Counted from the stretch's first letter, positions 48,006 through 58,548 are shown. The stretch is DNA of 64,000 nt from an uncultured Gammaproteobacteria bacterium (GCA_964474445.1 CAYYSJ010000004.1:64185-128184), one strand, 5' to 3'. Translations and numbers: made by a program. Notes: generated by a model not told the origin, from the sequence alone.

Positions 48006-49456
48006 GCGGTAAGGGACAACATGCAAAAGCATTATTAAAAACATTCTTACGTGACGTCACACAAAAGAATAAACTCGACGAAACGTTAGAAAACTATCTT
48101 AACAATATCCAACCTCTGGAAGATATGCATAAGGTAACAGAGATTCCTTTCTCATCAGAAAGAAAATACAGCGCATGTGTATATTATGAGAACATAACGC
48201 TTGTGTTGGGAGCTCCTGAAATGCTTCTTTCTGGAGAGAGTACCTATATGAAGATAATAAAGGAATATACAGAAGAGTCCTATCGTGTTGTTGTTTTTGG
48301 AATAATTGAAGGAAAGTTTGATGAGAAAAAAGAGAATGTGAGGAAAAGATTCAAACCACTATTGGTTATTGCACTTGATGATCCCATTCGAGAAGAAACA
48401 CCGTCAACGCTTGAAAAGCTTATCAAGGAACATATTGAGTATCGTATTATCTCAGGAGATTCACCTGATACTGTTGCCGCAATTGCAAAAAGGATTAATA
48501 AAGACTATCCTGCCAAGATTATTACTGGGACTGAGCTTGACGAGTTACAAGGGACAGCATTGGAAAATGCCATCTTGGAGCACACTATTTTTGCTCGCAT
48601 AAAGCCTCATCAAAAACAGCTTATTGTGAGAACACTGAAAAAAAACAAACTTTTTACCATTATGATAGGGGATGGAGTGAATGACGTGTTGGCTCTCAAA
48701 GAATCTGATTTGGGAGTAGCTATGAATGGGGGATCATCTATGGCCAAAGATGTAGCAGATGTTGTCTTGCTGAACAATTCGTTTTCTACGCTTCCAATGC
48801 TTCTTTATGAAGGGAGACGAATCATTACAAATATTCAGACAATTGCGAATATTTATCTCATAAAAAATGTTTCATCTATTGCTGCAATTCTTATGCTTGG
48901 ATTTATTGGATTACGATTTCCTTTTAATCCAAAACATGTGCAGCTTTCAAGTTTTCTGATTATCGGTATCCCATCGTTTCTTCTCGCATTTGAGAAACAC
49001 ACATTCTCAACAACCGATGAAGGTTTTATTAAGCGGTTATTGCTATTTTCAGGAATTGTTGGCTTTGGGAATGCAATCTTTTTTACGATATTGTATACAT
49101 ACTATGACGTTACCAGTCCTGTCATTTTCTATGCCCAAAGTATGTTATTGATAACAGTGATGTTTTTCGGCATTAATAACATTATTCTTATCTATCTCCA
49201 GCATTATTCATTAGAAGAAATTTTTAGGAGACAAATAGTTATTGGACTCCTCATACTGATTTTTGGGGCATTTGCCCTTTGTCTTTTGATACCTCCTCTT
49301 CGTGTGTTTTTTGATATACAAAGGGTGAGTATGTTTGACGTTCTTCTTGCTTTTTGTTTTTCCATAGTAGGATCACTCATTATCGCAGGAGTCCTTCAGC
49401 AGCAACATCTCTTGAAGTCTTTAGAGGCACCTGAAAAAGTTAAAAAGGAAGAATAA
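48002..49456 (+). CDS. cation-transporting P-type ATPase, C-terminal part (N/P domains + C-terminal TMs)
   Basis: MIGDGVNDVLALKESDLGVAM hinge motif. Preceded by AAGGAGGT SD. Confidence 0.85.
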   Translation: MSGKGQHAKALLKTFLRDVTQKNKLDETLENYLNNIQPLEDMHKVTEIPFSSERKYSACVYYENITLVLGAPEMLLSGESTYMKIIKEYTEESYRVVVFGIIEGKFDEKKENVRKRFKPLLVIALDDPIREETPSTLEKLIKEHIEYRIISGDSPDTVAAIAKRINKDYPAKIITGTELDELQGTALENAILEHTIFARIKPHQKQLIVRTLKKNKLFTIMIGDGVNDVLALKESDLGVAMNGGSSMAKDVADVVLLNNSFSTLPMLLYEGRRIITNIQTIANIYLIKNVSSIAAILMLGFIGLRFPFNPKHVQLSSFLIIGIPSFLLAFEKHTFSTTDEGFIKRLLLFSGIVGFGNAIFFTILYTYYDVTSPVIFYAQSMLLITVMFFGINNIILIYLQHYSLEEIFRRQIVIGLLILIFGAFALCLLIPPLRVFFDIQRVSMFDVLLAFCFSIVGSLIIAGVLQQQHLLKSLEAPEKVKKEE

Positions 49457-49465
49457 GCAATACTA

Positions 49466-50461
49466 TTATTGCATGTTTTTTCCGAATGTTTGTATATCCC
49501 ATCTGCCATCTACCATGACACGCGGCATTGCAAACAGTTTATCTTTTATCTGTATCTTGCCAGGTACTGTGGAAACTGCTCCTTTATAACCCGCTTCTTG
49601 CACGATTGTTATAATTTTTTGATTGTAGTCACCGTAGGGATAAGCAAACCAATTGATGGGGCTTTTGAGTTGTTTTTCTAAATCACGTTTACTTCCCGTA
49701 ATCTCATCTTGAGCAAGAATATTTGAAATCGCGGTAAGAAAGGGGTGGTGTTTGGTATGTGCACCAAACGTGATAAAGTGGCTTGCATACATAGTCTTTA
49801 TTTCATTCCACGTAAGATATACTCCGCTTCCAACAACATCAGTAATAATAAAGTCAATTGCCTGCATATTATTTTTCTTTAACAGCGGGAATGCATTATC
49901 ATAAAAGCTTTGATATCCATCGTCAAAAGTAATGACAACAGCTTTTTGAGGAAGTGTTTTCTTCCCATCAAGTGCATCTAAAATATCATCCAGAGTCACT
50001 GTTGTATATGCATGAGAGGAAAGATATTCTAACTGCTGTTGAAATTGGAACGGTGAGACAAACAGTGCTGCCCATATCGGATTGAACGGTAATGGGTTTA
50101 CTCGAAGATGGTGGTACATAAGGATAGGCACTTGCACTTGCTTCAAAGGAAGCGGAGGGGGAGTTGAGGGAGTAGGAGAGATGGGTGGAGTTTGAGATGC
50201 TGGTTTCTCTGTATACACGTCACCACCCTCTTTATAAATGTTAAGTCCCTCGAGTACCTTTGAGGTAGCAGGTCGGTAGGGAAAGGCTTCATGCGCTTTA
50301 CTGTAATATTCTTGTGCCTCAGGGATTCTTCCACTCAGCAGAGCTTTATTTCCCAGTCGAATATAATAACTACTTTGTTGAAATTTATATATTCCAAAAC
50401 CGGTAAGTCCCAATACGAGAAGTAAAAAAATGACAAGAAAAACTGTTAGCGATAACCTCAT
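49466..50461 (-). CDS. polysaccharide deacetylase (CE4), membrane-anchored with TPR-like N-region
   Basis: VITFDDGYQSFYDNAFPLL... NodB motifs. Confidence 0.8.
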   Translation of the reverse strand: MRLSLTVFLVIFLLLVLGLTGFGIYKFQQSSYYIRLGNKALLSGRIPEAQEYYSKAHEAFPYRPATSKVLEGLNIYKEGGDVYTEKPASQTPPISPTPSTPPPLPLKQVQVPILMYHHLRVNPLPFNPIWAALFVSPFQFQQQLEYLSSHAYTTVTLDDILDALDGKKTLPQKAVVITFDDGYQSFYDNAFPLLKKNNMQAIDFIITDVVGSGVYLTWNEIKTMYASHFITFGAHTKHHPFLTAISNILAQDEITGSKRDLEKQLKSPINWFAYPYGDYNQKIITIVQEAGYKGAVSTVPGKIQIKDKLFAMPRVMVDGRWDIQTFGKNMQ

Positions 50462-50934
50462 TGTTGGTTTAATACCCTTATTTTCTGCACTTTTGGCGTA
50501 GGCGTTGGTTGTTTATTCTTCTTAGGGTTTAAAAGAGTATTCACTGTATTTGGTTGCTTAGGTTTCTTTCTGATTGTTGTTACTGGCTTCTTTGGTTTAA
50601 AAATATTTTGTACATTTTGAACCATTTTTTTTACAACGTTCACGATTTGTTGTACAGGTTGAGGTAGGGGAGCAGACGTAATAACAAGAGGTGGTCTCGT
50701 AGGAGATGCTGTAATACCAATAGTAGGTGTTGCACTAGGGGTTTTTGTAGGGGTAGGCTTTACTGTCGGCTTTGGCGTAGGAGTTGCAGGTTTTGGTGTC
50801 GGGGTGGCTGTAGGAGTAGGAGTTATTAGAGCAAACGTATTGTAAGGCAATGCAACAAATATCAGTACAAGAACGAGGAAGAAAAATATATGTCTTTTTG
50901 CATCGTGCATGTTGTCCGAAACTTTCATAGACAA
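50458..50934 (-). CDS. secreted P/T/K-rich low-complexity protein
   Basis: Signal peptide plus TPTPKP repeats. ATGA overlap with the downstream CE4 gene. Confidence 0.5.
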   Translation of the reverse strand: MSMKVSDNMHDAKRHIFFFLVLVLIFVALPYNTFALITPTPTATPTPKPATPTPKPTVKPTPTKTPSATPTIGITASPTRPPLVITSAPLPQPVQQIVNVVKKMVQNVQNIFKPKKPVTTIRKKPKQPNTVNTLLNPKKNKQPTPTPKVQKIRVLNQQ

Positions 50935-50939
50935 AGTAT

Positions 50940-51473
50940 TTACGTAAGTTCATTCAATTTCCTTGTTATGGTATGTTCTAGGGTTGTTCGCTGATCCTCG
51001 TCAATCTTTTTATTTGCTGTTGCAAGGTCTATTTCAGTTTGGAGATTCGTCAATGATTCTTTTACCCTGTTTACCAGGGTCTTTGTATTTGCTGAGCCTT
51101 TTTCTTTGTTCTCTCTCAGTGGTTCGAGCGCTACCTCTATTTGCTTCATGTATTCTTTGAACGCTTTTCTTTTACCCTGTACCTTCCACCATGTAAGTAA
51201 AGAGCCGGCTAAAATACCAAGTCCTCCTGCTGCAGAGGGAATTGTTGTGAACAGATTCTTTGAAGAAAAAAGAGAAGAATCTTGTGAGGAAGAACCCTTT
51301 GGTTTAGACAAAACAAGCCCCTCAGCAGTCGTATAGGCAGTTCGTTTTATCCAATATGGAGTGATATTAGGAATGGTGAGTTGTTGGGCGAAAGTAGGGA
51401 CGACATCAATTGATACATAGCTGATGAGAAATAAGAGAATGACTAAGAAAAGAGACTTGAAATTCATAAGCAA
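50940..51473 (-). CDS. membrane protein, hypothetical
   Basis: Two hydrophobic segments. No motif. Confidence 0.45.
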   Translation of the reverse strand: MLMNFKSLFLVILLFLISYVSIDVVPTFAQQLTIPNITPYWIKRTAYTTAEGLVLSKPKGSSSQDSSLFSSKNLFTTIPSAAGGLGILAGSLLTWWKVQGKRKAFKEYMKQIEVALEPLRENKEKGSANTKTLVNRVKESLTNLQTEIDLATANKKIDEDQRTTLEHTITRKLNELT

Positions 51474-51491
51474 TAGTTATAGTGTAGAAGT

Positions 51492-52607
51492 ATGGACTAT
51501 AAAATGCAAGATGTAAGACCCCAGCCAGGTAGTGAACAGCAGGCGAAACAGGTAAATAATGGTCTGGGAAAAGGCAGAGGAAAAAAAATATTACTTTGGT
51601 CGTTAGTGGTATTCGGAGGGTTAGCGATTTTGGGTGGATTGTATCTTGCCTTGACAAACCTGAAACAAATTCATCTGTATCTCACACCTGTTGCTATATC
51701 GAAAGGGACTATTCGGACACAAGTTGTCTTTCCCGGAACTGTAGACTTTACCAATCATGTTGTTTTGCAATTTCAGCAAGTTCCAGCTAGTGGTGTTATG
51801 ATCTCATGGGTTGGAGTGAAAGTTGGAGATCACGTCAGTAAAAATCAACTCCTTGCTTCTTTGGATCAACAATCAGTCTTCAAGCAACAACAAGCAAACT
51901 TAGCTACATATTGGAAGCAACGTCTCACATATGACCAAACGGTAAACAACAACAACAACCTCACTCCTCAAACGGCATTGAATGATTCTCAAAAGAGACT
52001 TTTGCAACAAAATCAGGTAGATTTAGACCAGTCAGTATTTACTGTTGAACTTCAGGATATCGTGCAACGCTTATCGAACCTCTGGTCACCAATTGATGGG
52101 ATAGTTACCCGTGTTGACACACCTGTAGCAGGGGTTAATATCCAAACTGCAGATGAGGCTCGATTTGAAGTTATCAATCCTCAGACAATGTTCTTTAGTG
52201 CTAACATTGATGAATCAGAAGTATCAAATCTTCACGTAGGAGATAAAGGTATTGTTATTTTGAATGCATATCCTGCTACCTACTTGCAAGCAACGATTAC
52301 TGACATTGCGTTTGCCTCTCATCAGGATAGTAATGGAAATACGGTGTATACAGTGAAACTGCAGTTAGACGGTCAATCGAATAATAATTATGCATATAAG
52401 CTTGGTATGGGGGGAAATGTTATTTTCTACGAGTATGGTGACAATATTTTAACGATACCAAATGAGTATATTCATCAAGATGATAATGGAAGCTATGTCC
52501 GTCTTGGAAAAGACAAGAAATTAACATATATCCAAATTGGGATAACAAATGGTAAGGCAACAGAAGTAGTGAAGGGTTTGGTGGCAGGAGAAGAAGTCTA
52601 TTACTAA
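51492..52607 (+). CDS. HlyD/membrane-fusion (efflux periplasmic adaptor)-like protein
   Basis: N-terminal TM, coiled-coil-like Q-rich middle, biotinyl/lipoyl-like hairpin (SPIDGIVTRVDTPVAGVNIQ) and beta-barrel. Confidence 0.65.
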   Translation: MDYKMQDVRPQPGSEQQAKQVNNGLGKGRGKKILLWSLVVFGGLAILGGLYLALTNLKQIHLYLTPVAISKGTIRTQVVFPGTVDFTNHVVLQFQQVPASGVMISWVGVKVGDHVSKNQLLASLDQQSVFKQQQANLATYWKQRLTYDQTVNNNNNLTPQTALNDSQKRLLQQNQVDLDQSVFTVELQDIVQRLSNLWSPIDGIVTRVDTPVAGVNIQTADEARFEVINPQTMFFSANIDESEVSNLHVGDKGIVILNAYPATYLQATITDIAFASHQDSNGNTVYTVKLQLDGQSNNNYAYKLGMGGNVIFYEYGDNILTIPNEYIHQDDNGSYVRLGKDKKLTYIQIGITNGKATEVVKGLVAGEEVYY

Positions 52608-52730
52608 CATTGACCTCTTTCATATTGCCTCACTGATACATCTCCGTTATATATGTCGAAGGTAAAAGTCATTTACTATACATGTCAAATCTTGACTGAC
52701 TGATGTTATTACTGAAATAATAAACTCATC

Positions 52731-53693
52731 GTGGCAATTCAAGTCAATTCCGATAAAAAAGGTGTTCATGTCCATGTCCCGCATTCCCATGTGCGGCTAT
52801 TCATCATTATTCTCCTTCTCCTTCTTGGTGCAGTTATTGGATATGTTGGGTATCAATACTATAAAACAACGACATCATATATTAATAAAAAGGAGTTACA
52901 AGGATATAACTTTACTCCACCTTCTGATATTAAAAAAGAAATACAGCAAATCCAAAAACACACTCCTGAAACTTTGCAAAAAATTGCCAGTATATCAGGT
53001 ACCATTCGTGTCCCAATTCTTATGTACCACTATATTGAATATGTTCAGGATAGGAGAGATACCATTAGAATTTCCTTAAATATCACCCCGTATACTTTGG
53101 AACAACAGATTCAAACATTACAAACAGCAGGATATACGTTTATGACAGAGGCAGATCTAGACGATGTTTTAGATGGCATAAAACCATTACCTCGCAATCC
53201 AATCCTTTTAACATTTGATGATGGATACAGAGATTTTGCAACTGATGCGTATCCGATTCTCAAAAAATATAATGTAAAAGCAACAGCATATATTGTTCCA
53301 GGCTTTTTAGATAGGCCAAATTATATGTTTCGAACGCAACTTGATCAAATTGCAAGTGATGGGCTTGTAGAAGTTGCAAATCATACAGAAGATCATATTG
53401 GATTAGCCAGACAAGCTCTCAAAACAGTCACTGACCAGGTACTTCGGAGTAAAATTATGCTTGAAAATGAAATTCATAAACCAGTAGTGGATTTTGCATA
53501 TCCATATGGTGCGTTTGATGATCAGGCAATACAAGTGGTGAAAGACGCAGGTTTTCGAAGTGCTGTATCCACAATCCCAGGCATTGACCAAGAACAGAGA
53601 AATCGATATTTTCTTTTTCGACTGAGACCTGGTTATCGGGTTGGACAGACTCTTTTAGCGTGGTTACATCAAGACACATTTAGCGCCTATTAA
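52731..53693 (+). CDS. polysaccharide deacetylase (CE4), membrane-anchored
   Basis: LLTFDDGYRDFATDAYPIL... Paralogous to 49466..50461. Confidence 0.85.
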   Translation: MAIQVNSDKKGVHVHVPHSHVRLFIIILLLLLGAVIGYVGYQYYKTTTSYINKKELQGYNFTPPSDIKKEIQQIQKHTPETLQKIASISGTIRVPILMYHYIEYVQDRRDTIRISLNITPYTLEQQIQTLQTAGYTFMTEADLDDVLDGIKPLPRNPILLTFDDGYRDFATDAYPILKKYNVKATAYIVPGFLDRPNYMFRTQLDQIASDGLVEVANHTEDHIGLARQALKTVTDQVLRSKIMLENEIHKPVVDFAYPYGAFDDQAIQVVKDAGFRSAVSTIPGIDQEQRNRYFLFRLRPGYRVGQTLLAWLHQDTFSAY

Positions 53694-53756
53694 TAAACTT
53701 CTAGCAATAGCTTTAATGGCAAGATAAGGTCCTTCGGATGCTATACTGTATGTACC

Positions 53757-54833
53757 ATGGGGTCAGATATTGTACAGAAGAGATTAGAGAATCAACAACT
53801 TACCTTCGCTCATTTTACCCATGCTGAAGATGTTGTGAACTGGTTTGGCGCCATGCAAGCGCAAGATTTTGCTGCTGCAAAATGGGCAATAGCACTTCGT
53901 ACAAAAAACCAAACAGATCATGATATTGAGCAAGCATTTAATGAAGGGAAAATCATTCGAACACATATTATGCGTCCTACATGGCATTTTGTGACTCCTT
54001 CTGTGATTCGTTGGCTGCTTGCTCTGACTTCAGAGAGAGTGCATGCATTCAATGGCTATTACTACCGACAATCTGGTCTTGATAAAGCTATTTTCCAAAA
54101 AAGTAATGAAATCATCAGGAGGACGTTACAAGGAGGAAAACAGTGTACTCGTGAGCAGTTGCGTCAGGAACTTGAAAAAGGGGAAGTTCCCACAAAGGAC
54201 TTAGGACTTTCATTTACTATTATGCAGGCAGAATTGGATGGTATTATTTGCAGTGGACCAAGAATTGGGAAACAGTTTACCTATATGTTACTTGATGACC
54301 GTGTTCCAAACACAAAAGCAATTTCCCGTGATGAAGCGTTAACAGAACTGATCAAGCGTTATTTTCAAAGTCATGGGCCAGCGCAAATACAAGATTTTGT
54401 TTGGTGGTCAGGACTTACTGTTGCCGATGCAAAAAAGGGAATAGCGCTCGTAGGGCGTAAATTACACAAAGAAGAGAAGGAAGGCAAGACATATTGGTGG
54501 ATAGACTCTTCTACACAGCAAGTCTCACCGTCTCACGAATGCTTTCTCATCCCTGGTTTTGATGAATACTTTATTGCATATAAAGAGAGAAGTGATGTGT
54601 TAGACAAAAAATATGCAAAACACCTCAACCAAGGGGGAGGGATGGTGAATGGTGCTATTGTGGTAGAAGGAACAATGGTTGGAGGATGGAAAAGAACTTT
54701 TGAGAAAGACCATGTTGTTATCACCACGCAACTTTTTGAAAACATTACGGCGTCACAACAAGATGCACTAGAAAAACAAGCACAGCGCTATGGACAATTT
54801 ATTACTATGCCAGTAATCACCAAGCGGGCGTAG
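53757..54833 (+). CDS. YcaQ/AlkZ-like winged-helix DNA glycosylase family protein (DUF1006)
   Basis: N-terminal LENQQLTF...AEDVVNWFGAMQAQDF...HIMRPTWHFV pattern typical of the family. Confidence 0.75.
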   Translation: MGSDIVQKRLENQQLTFAHFTHAEDVVNWFGAMQAQDFAAAKWAIALRTKNQTDHDIEQAFNEGKIIRTHIMRPTWHFVTPSVIRWLLALTSERVHAFNGYYYRQSGLDKAIFQKSNEIIRRTLQGGKQCTREQLRQELEKGEVPTKDLGLSFTIMQAELDGIICSGPRIGKQFTYMLLDDRVPNTKAISRDEALTELIKRYFQSHGPAQIQDFVWWSGLTVADAKKGIALVGRKLHKEEKEGKTYWWIDSSTQQVSPSHECFLIPGFDEYFIAYKERSDVLDKKYAKHLNQGGGMVNGAIVVEGTMVGGWKRTFEKDHVVITTQLFENITASQQDALEKQAQRYGQFITMPVITKRA

Positions 54834-54867
54834 ATATCTGTGTTGAAAGATTTTTAGCAACAGGAGA

Positions 54868-55476
54868 TTACATATTGTTACGATCATCAACAAGATCCAG
54901 ACTCACTAAATGAGAAGAGATAAACCATACTTGTAATTCATTCGTTCGCAAGATATCGCTCATCAGTAAATCATTTGTTCCCCAATCATCATTTTCTTCG
55001 GTGATATGAATACCTTCATGAAGTTGTTGAATAATAATCTCATGTGCATCAAGAAGGCGACTAATCATAACAGGAGGAGTTTCAGCTCCTGCTGGTGCTC
55101 GTGGGATTTTTGTTCGTTCGGCAACATCCTGTGGCATACCAACTGCCACACCACCAAGTGTTTGAATACGTTCTGCGAGAAGGTCAACAAGTGCGAGTTG
55201 TTCATCAGCATGTTTGTCAAAAAGTAAATGCAATTGATAAAACGTATGGCCTAACACTTGCCAGTGGTGTTTCTTATACATGCTGTAAAGAGTGATTGTA
55301 TCTGACAGTAACTGGTTCAGTAGCTGCACATTTTTTTGTCGTGCTGCGTCAGGCAATGCGATCTGCATCGTTCGAAGTTTGTCCTCTGGCTGTATCTCAT
55401 GTGCCATTTGATGGAGAAGTGGTTCATATAGTTTTTTCTGTTGTTTGGAAGGCTCGTGTTGTTGCATTAGAGACAA
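54868..55476 (-). CDS. Dps-family ferritin-like DNA-protection protein
   Basis: YKKHHWQVLGHTFYQLHLLFDKHADEQ...AERIQTLGG. N-terminal extension; real start may be an internal Met. Confidence 0.8.
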   Translation of the reverse strand: MSLMQQHEPSKQQKKLYEPLLHQMAHEIQPEDKLRTMQIALPDAARQKNVQLLNQLLSDTITLYSMYKKHHWQVLGHTFYQLHLLFDKHADEQLALVDLLAERIQTLGGVAVGMPQDVAERTKIPRAPAGAETPPVMISRLLDAHEIIIQQLHEGIHITEENDDWGTNDLLMSDILRTNELQVWFISSHLVSLDLVDDRNNM

Positions 55477-55570
55477 ACATACAGGAAGAGCGTAAGAGAG
55501 AAGGGGTAGAGAAGTAAGATAGCAGTAATGTTTAGAGAATCAAGGCACTTCTGAAATATTTTTGATGAAG

Positions 55571-56989
55571 TTATGGCTCGTTCAGTACCCTTTTTCCTTC
55601 TTTCATATTATAGTCATTGCCAACAATAACAAGGACATTGTAATTGCTTTGTTTGGAAGAATTCAACACGGTATCCACTCCAAATTCTTTTTTCAGTACA
55701 TCGATATCAGCTGAATTTACATTATTGTCATATACCGTGATTGTTGTTTGCGGAGAGACATGGGTGATAGAGTTGATTGGACTAAGTACTTGTATATTTT
55801 TGTCTTTTAGTCTGTTAACAGCAAGTCCTGCAAGGCCTGGAATCGTTGTCCCATTCTGAACTTGCACAATTGCAGGAGTTTGTTGTGGCTTGCCAGTTAT
55901 GATGTCTTGAAGATACGTGTGGATGTTCGTCCAATGTTCTAAACCATCTTTTGGTTGGAGAATTGCTTGTCCATCATCTGAGGTGGCGTCGGTGAGGTAG
56001 TCTTGAATCGAAACTGTCTCTATTTTGTATTTATTCAAGATGTTTGCATTTTCAATAAGCGTTTTTACATCATCAAGTGTTAAATCAGTTCTAAAGTCAT
56101 CACCTAAAGAAGTAGTAAACGGAATAACTTGTGGAATAAAGCCAGCTGAAAAGATTTTTTGCTTTACTGCTACGAGAAGATTCCGTTGTCTTTTTGCTCT
56201 CCCAAAATCTGTACCATCTTGGAATGAATGGCGCGACCTCACATACGATAGTGCTCTCTCTCCATCCATGTGTTGCAGTCCTGCGTCGAAGTGAAGATTT
56301 TCGTATCTGCAGGGGTAAACGAGCTCAGGTGAGCTACTTGCTGCTTGTTGATCAAGGTGTGGAATCTCTGATGGTTGATGTCCACACAAGTCAGTTTCCT
56401 TTCCATCAATAGGGTATTGAGAATCGGTAAATGCTGTTTCCACTTGTATGTCTACACCGTTTAACGTATCGATTGTATGCTTAAAACCGGTAAAATCCAT
56501 GCCAACAAAATAATCTATAGGGAAACCTGTTACTTGTGAAACCATATATTCTGCTAAATGTCCTCCACCATCTGGTCCTTTGAATTGTGCTTGTTTATGA
56601 GGATAATTTGTATCATCCAGACCTAACTCATAGGCTGCATTGATTTTCCAATAGCTACTTGTTGGTCCGTCTGTTGGGATTTTCACCCAAAGATCTCTTG
56701 GGATGGAGATAAGAAAAATCTTTTGTGTTTGAGGGTCAATAGAAACAACCATTATGGAATCAGTTAAATATGCTCCGTCATGATTTCCGCCTCCATACCC
56801 TAAAAGAACAAGGTTTATAGGAGTTTTATCATTCAATTTTTGTTGGAGTGAGCTTATGGAAGCTTTTCCGTGGGGGATGAAGACTTTCTTCGTAATACCA
56901 TGAAACCACAGGTATGCAATACATCCTCCAATTCCTAAAAGGAGCACGAGGGAGAAAAGGATAACGAGCTTCTTCATAGAGGTTAGCAT
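55571..56989 (-). CDS. LytR-CpsA-Psr (LCP) family cell-wall glycopolymer transferase with C-terminal LytR_C domain
   Basis: TM then VLLGYGGG...YLTDSIMVVSID...ISIPRDLWV motifs. Confidence 0.85.
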   Translation of the reverse strand: MLTSMKKLVILFSLVLLLGIGGCIAYLWFHGITKKVFIPHGKASISSLQQKLNDKTPINLVLLGYGGGNHDGAYLTDSIMVVSIDPQTQKIFLISIPRDLWVKIPTDGPTSSYWKINAAYELGLDDTNYPHKQAQFKGPDGGGHLAEYMVSQVTGFPIDYFVGMDFTGFKHTIDTLNGVDIQVETAFTDSQYPIDGKETDLCGHQPSEIPHLDQQAASSSPELVYPCRYENLHFDAGLQHMDGERALSYVRSRHSFQDGTDFGRAKRQRNLLVAVKQKIFSAGFIPQVIPFTTSLGDDFRTDLTLDDVKTLIENANILNKYKIETVSIQDYLTDATSDDGQAILQPKDGLEHWTNIHTYLQDIITGKPQQTPAIVQVQNGTTIPGLAGLAVNRLKDKNIQVLSPINSITHVSPQTTITVYDNNVNSADIDVLKKEFGVDTVLNSSKQSNYNVLVIVGNDYNMKEGKRVLNEP

Positions 56990-57081
56990 ATTGTATAAGA
57001 GCAGGGAGAGGATGTGAAGTAGAAAAATAACGTTTTTACTGTGAGTTTACCGAACCAGTTTACTGTGTAGGAAATAGATAG

Positions 57082-58512
57082 TTAAGCAGTGATAGCCTCA
57101 TATAATCCTGTTTGTTCAGGAAGAATGTAGCCAACAGCATGATCTCCTTCAAGAATGCTTTTTGCATAACTAGGAATCTCTGAAATAACTCCTTTTTTCA
57201 ATGAATTTTCCAACACACATTGGAGTGTTGCTAGTGCGAGGTTAATTGCGTGGGATGCTTTTGTTGGAACAACCCGAAAGTATCCTGGCAATTTCTCATT
57301 ATGCTCAACTTTCGGCTGAACTTTAGAAGACTGATCATGTGTAAAAGAAACAGCGACGCCTGGATACATATCAAAGGTAGTAGCATATGCATCAAGAGAG
57401 GGCATAAATATTCTTGCGTTTTCAATGAGTGATGTGTTCCAGGTTCCTCTATCTTGAGAACGTCTTTGTAGCTGATTGTGCCAGTGAGAAGGTAAAGAAA
57501 TGTTTTCACCCTGGTTAACAGCCAGACTATCAACTGTTTCTCCAAAGCCAACAATAGAAGCAACACCATTTCCTAAAGGAAGATAGTGCATGACACCTGG
57601 GAAAAGGATGACAACAGGGAACGGATAGGTTTCTTCAGTTTGTTTATCAACATAGACATCATGAAAGGTCTTGAGGTCCATTTTTACTGTGGGTGTGTCT
57701 CCAAGGTGTTCTCCTAAAATACGAGCATTATAATTACTTGCATTAACAACAATATCACTCGTTGTGGTTGTAACTGTATTTGTTTTTTTATCTTTTAGTG
57801 TTAAGGAATAAGGGGAGGTAGCAGGATCTTTTTGGATATTGGTAACCTCTGTTGAGGTTACAATCTCAACGCTTCGTGCTTCTAGAGTAGAGAGCAATGT
57901 ATGACGTGTCCTGTCCATGTTAAATACTGGTTCTTGTGTCGCAATGCCTCCTTGGATATGAGCAAAGTTAGAAAGCTCATGTGGTTGCAGTACTCTAAAA
58001 AAATCTTCAGATGCCCCAAAAATCTGATCTTTCTCTGGAAGGCTAGCATAATAATTCTTTAAGCGTGTATAAAAATCTACATAATCAATAAAGCTAATAT
58101 CAGAATTTGTTGAAATCAAAAAACGAAGTGCCTGGTCTCCAAAGGCAAAAGGCATAGCTTTTTTCATAAGAATGGCAGATTGCAAACACTCAACTGCTGT
58201 ATGCCATGATTTTGGATACCGTCCGCCTAAATGAATTCCTAATGCTCCAAGACTTGTCCCTGCAAAAGGGGTATCAAGCTGTTCTATGATTCTTACTTTA
58301 TATCCTGCCTCACTCAGTACCCAGGCAGTAGTACAACCAGCTATGCCACTTCCAATAACAGTAACGGATTCATTAATCTCCGGTCTTTCAGGCAAGGACG
58401 CCTTCTCTACTTGCTGAAATCTTTCACGCACAAGCGGTCTGCTCCCACGATGTAATAGCTCTGCCATAGTTAATAGTGTGCGTATTCTATTACTTTTAGA
58501 CCTATAATTCAA
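57082..58512 (-). CDS. FAD-dependent oxidoreductase (DAO-like)
   Basis: VTVIGSGIAGCTTAWVLSEAGYKVRIIEQ dinucleotide-binding motif. Confidence 0.75.
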   Translation of the reverse strand: MNYRSKSNRIRTLLTMAELLHRGSRPLVRERFQQVEKASLPERPEINESVTVIGSGIAGCTTAWVLSEAGYKVRIIEQLDTPFAGTSLGALGIHLGGRYPKSWHTAVECLQSAILMKKAMPFAFGDQALRFLISTNSDISFIDYVDFYTRLKNYYASLPEKDQIFGASEDFFRVLQPHELSNFAHIQGGIATQEPVFNMDRTRHTLLSTLEARSVEIVTSTEVTNIQKDPATSPYSLTLKDKKTNTVTTTTSDIVVNASNYNARILGEHLGDTPTVKMDLKTFHDVYVDKQTEETYPFPVVILFPGVMHYLPLGNGVASIVGFGETVDSLAVNQGENISLPSHWHNQLQRRSQDRGTWNTSLIENARIFMPSLDAYATTFDMYPGVAVSFTHDQSSKVQPKVEHNEKLPGYFRVVPTKASHAINLALATLQCVLENSLKKGVISEIPSYAKSILEGDHAVGYILPEQTGLYEAITA

Positions 58513-58548
58513 TGGTAATAGTGGGTGCGTTGAAAAAGAACAATCAGC

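Noticed and set aside
47990-48010. prfB-like +1 programmed frameshift site at the ATPase junction (SD + AUA UGA)
   Set aside because: ORF2 is in the -1/+2 frame relative to ORF1, not +1. An ATGA stop/start overlap with an upstream SD fits termination-reinitiation coupling better.
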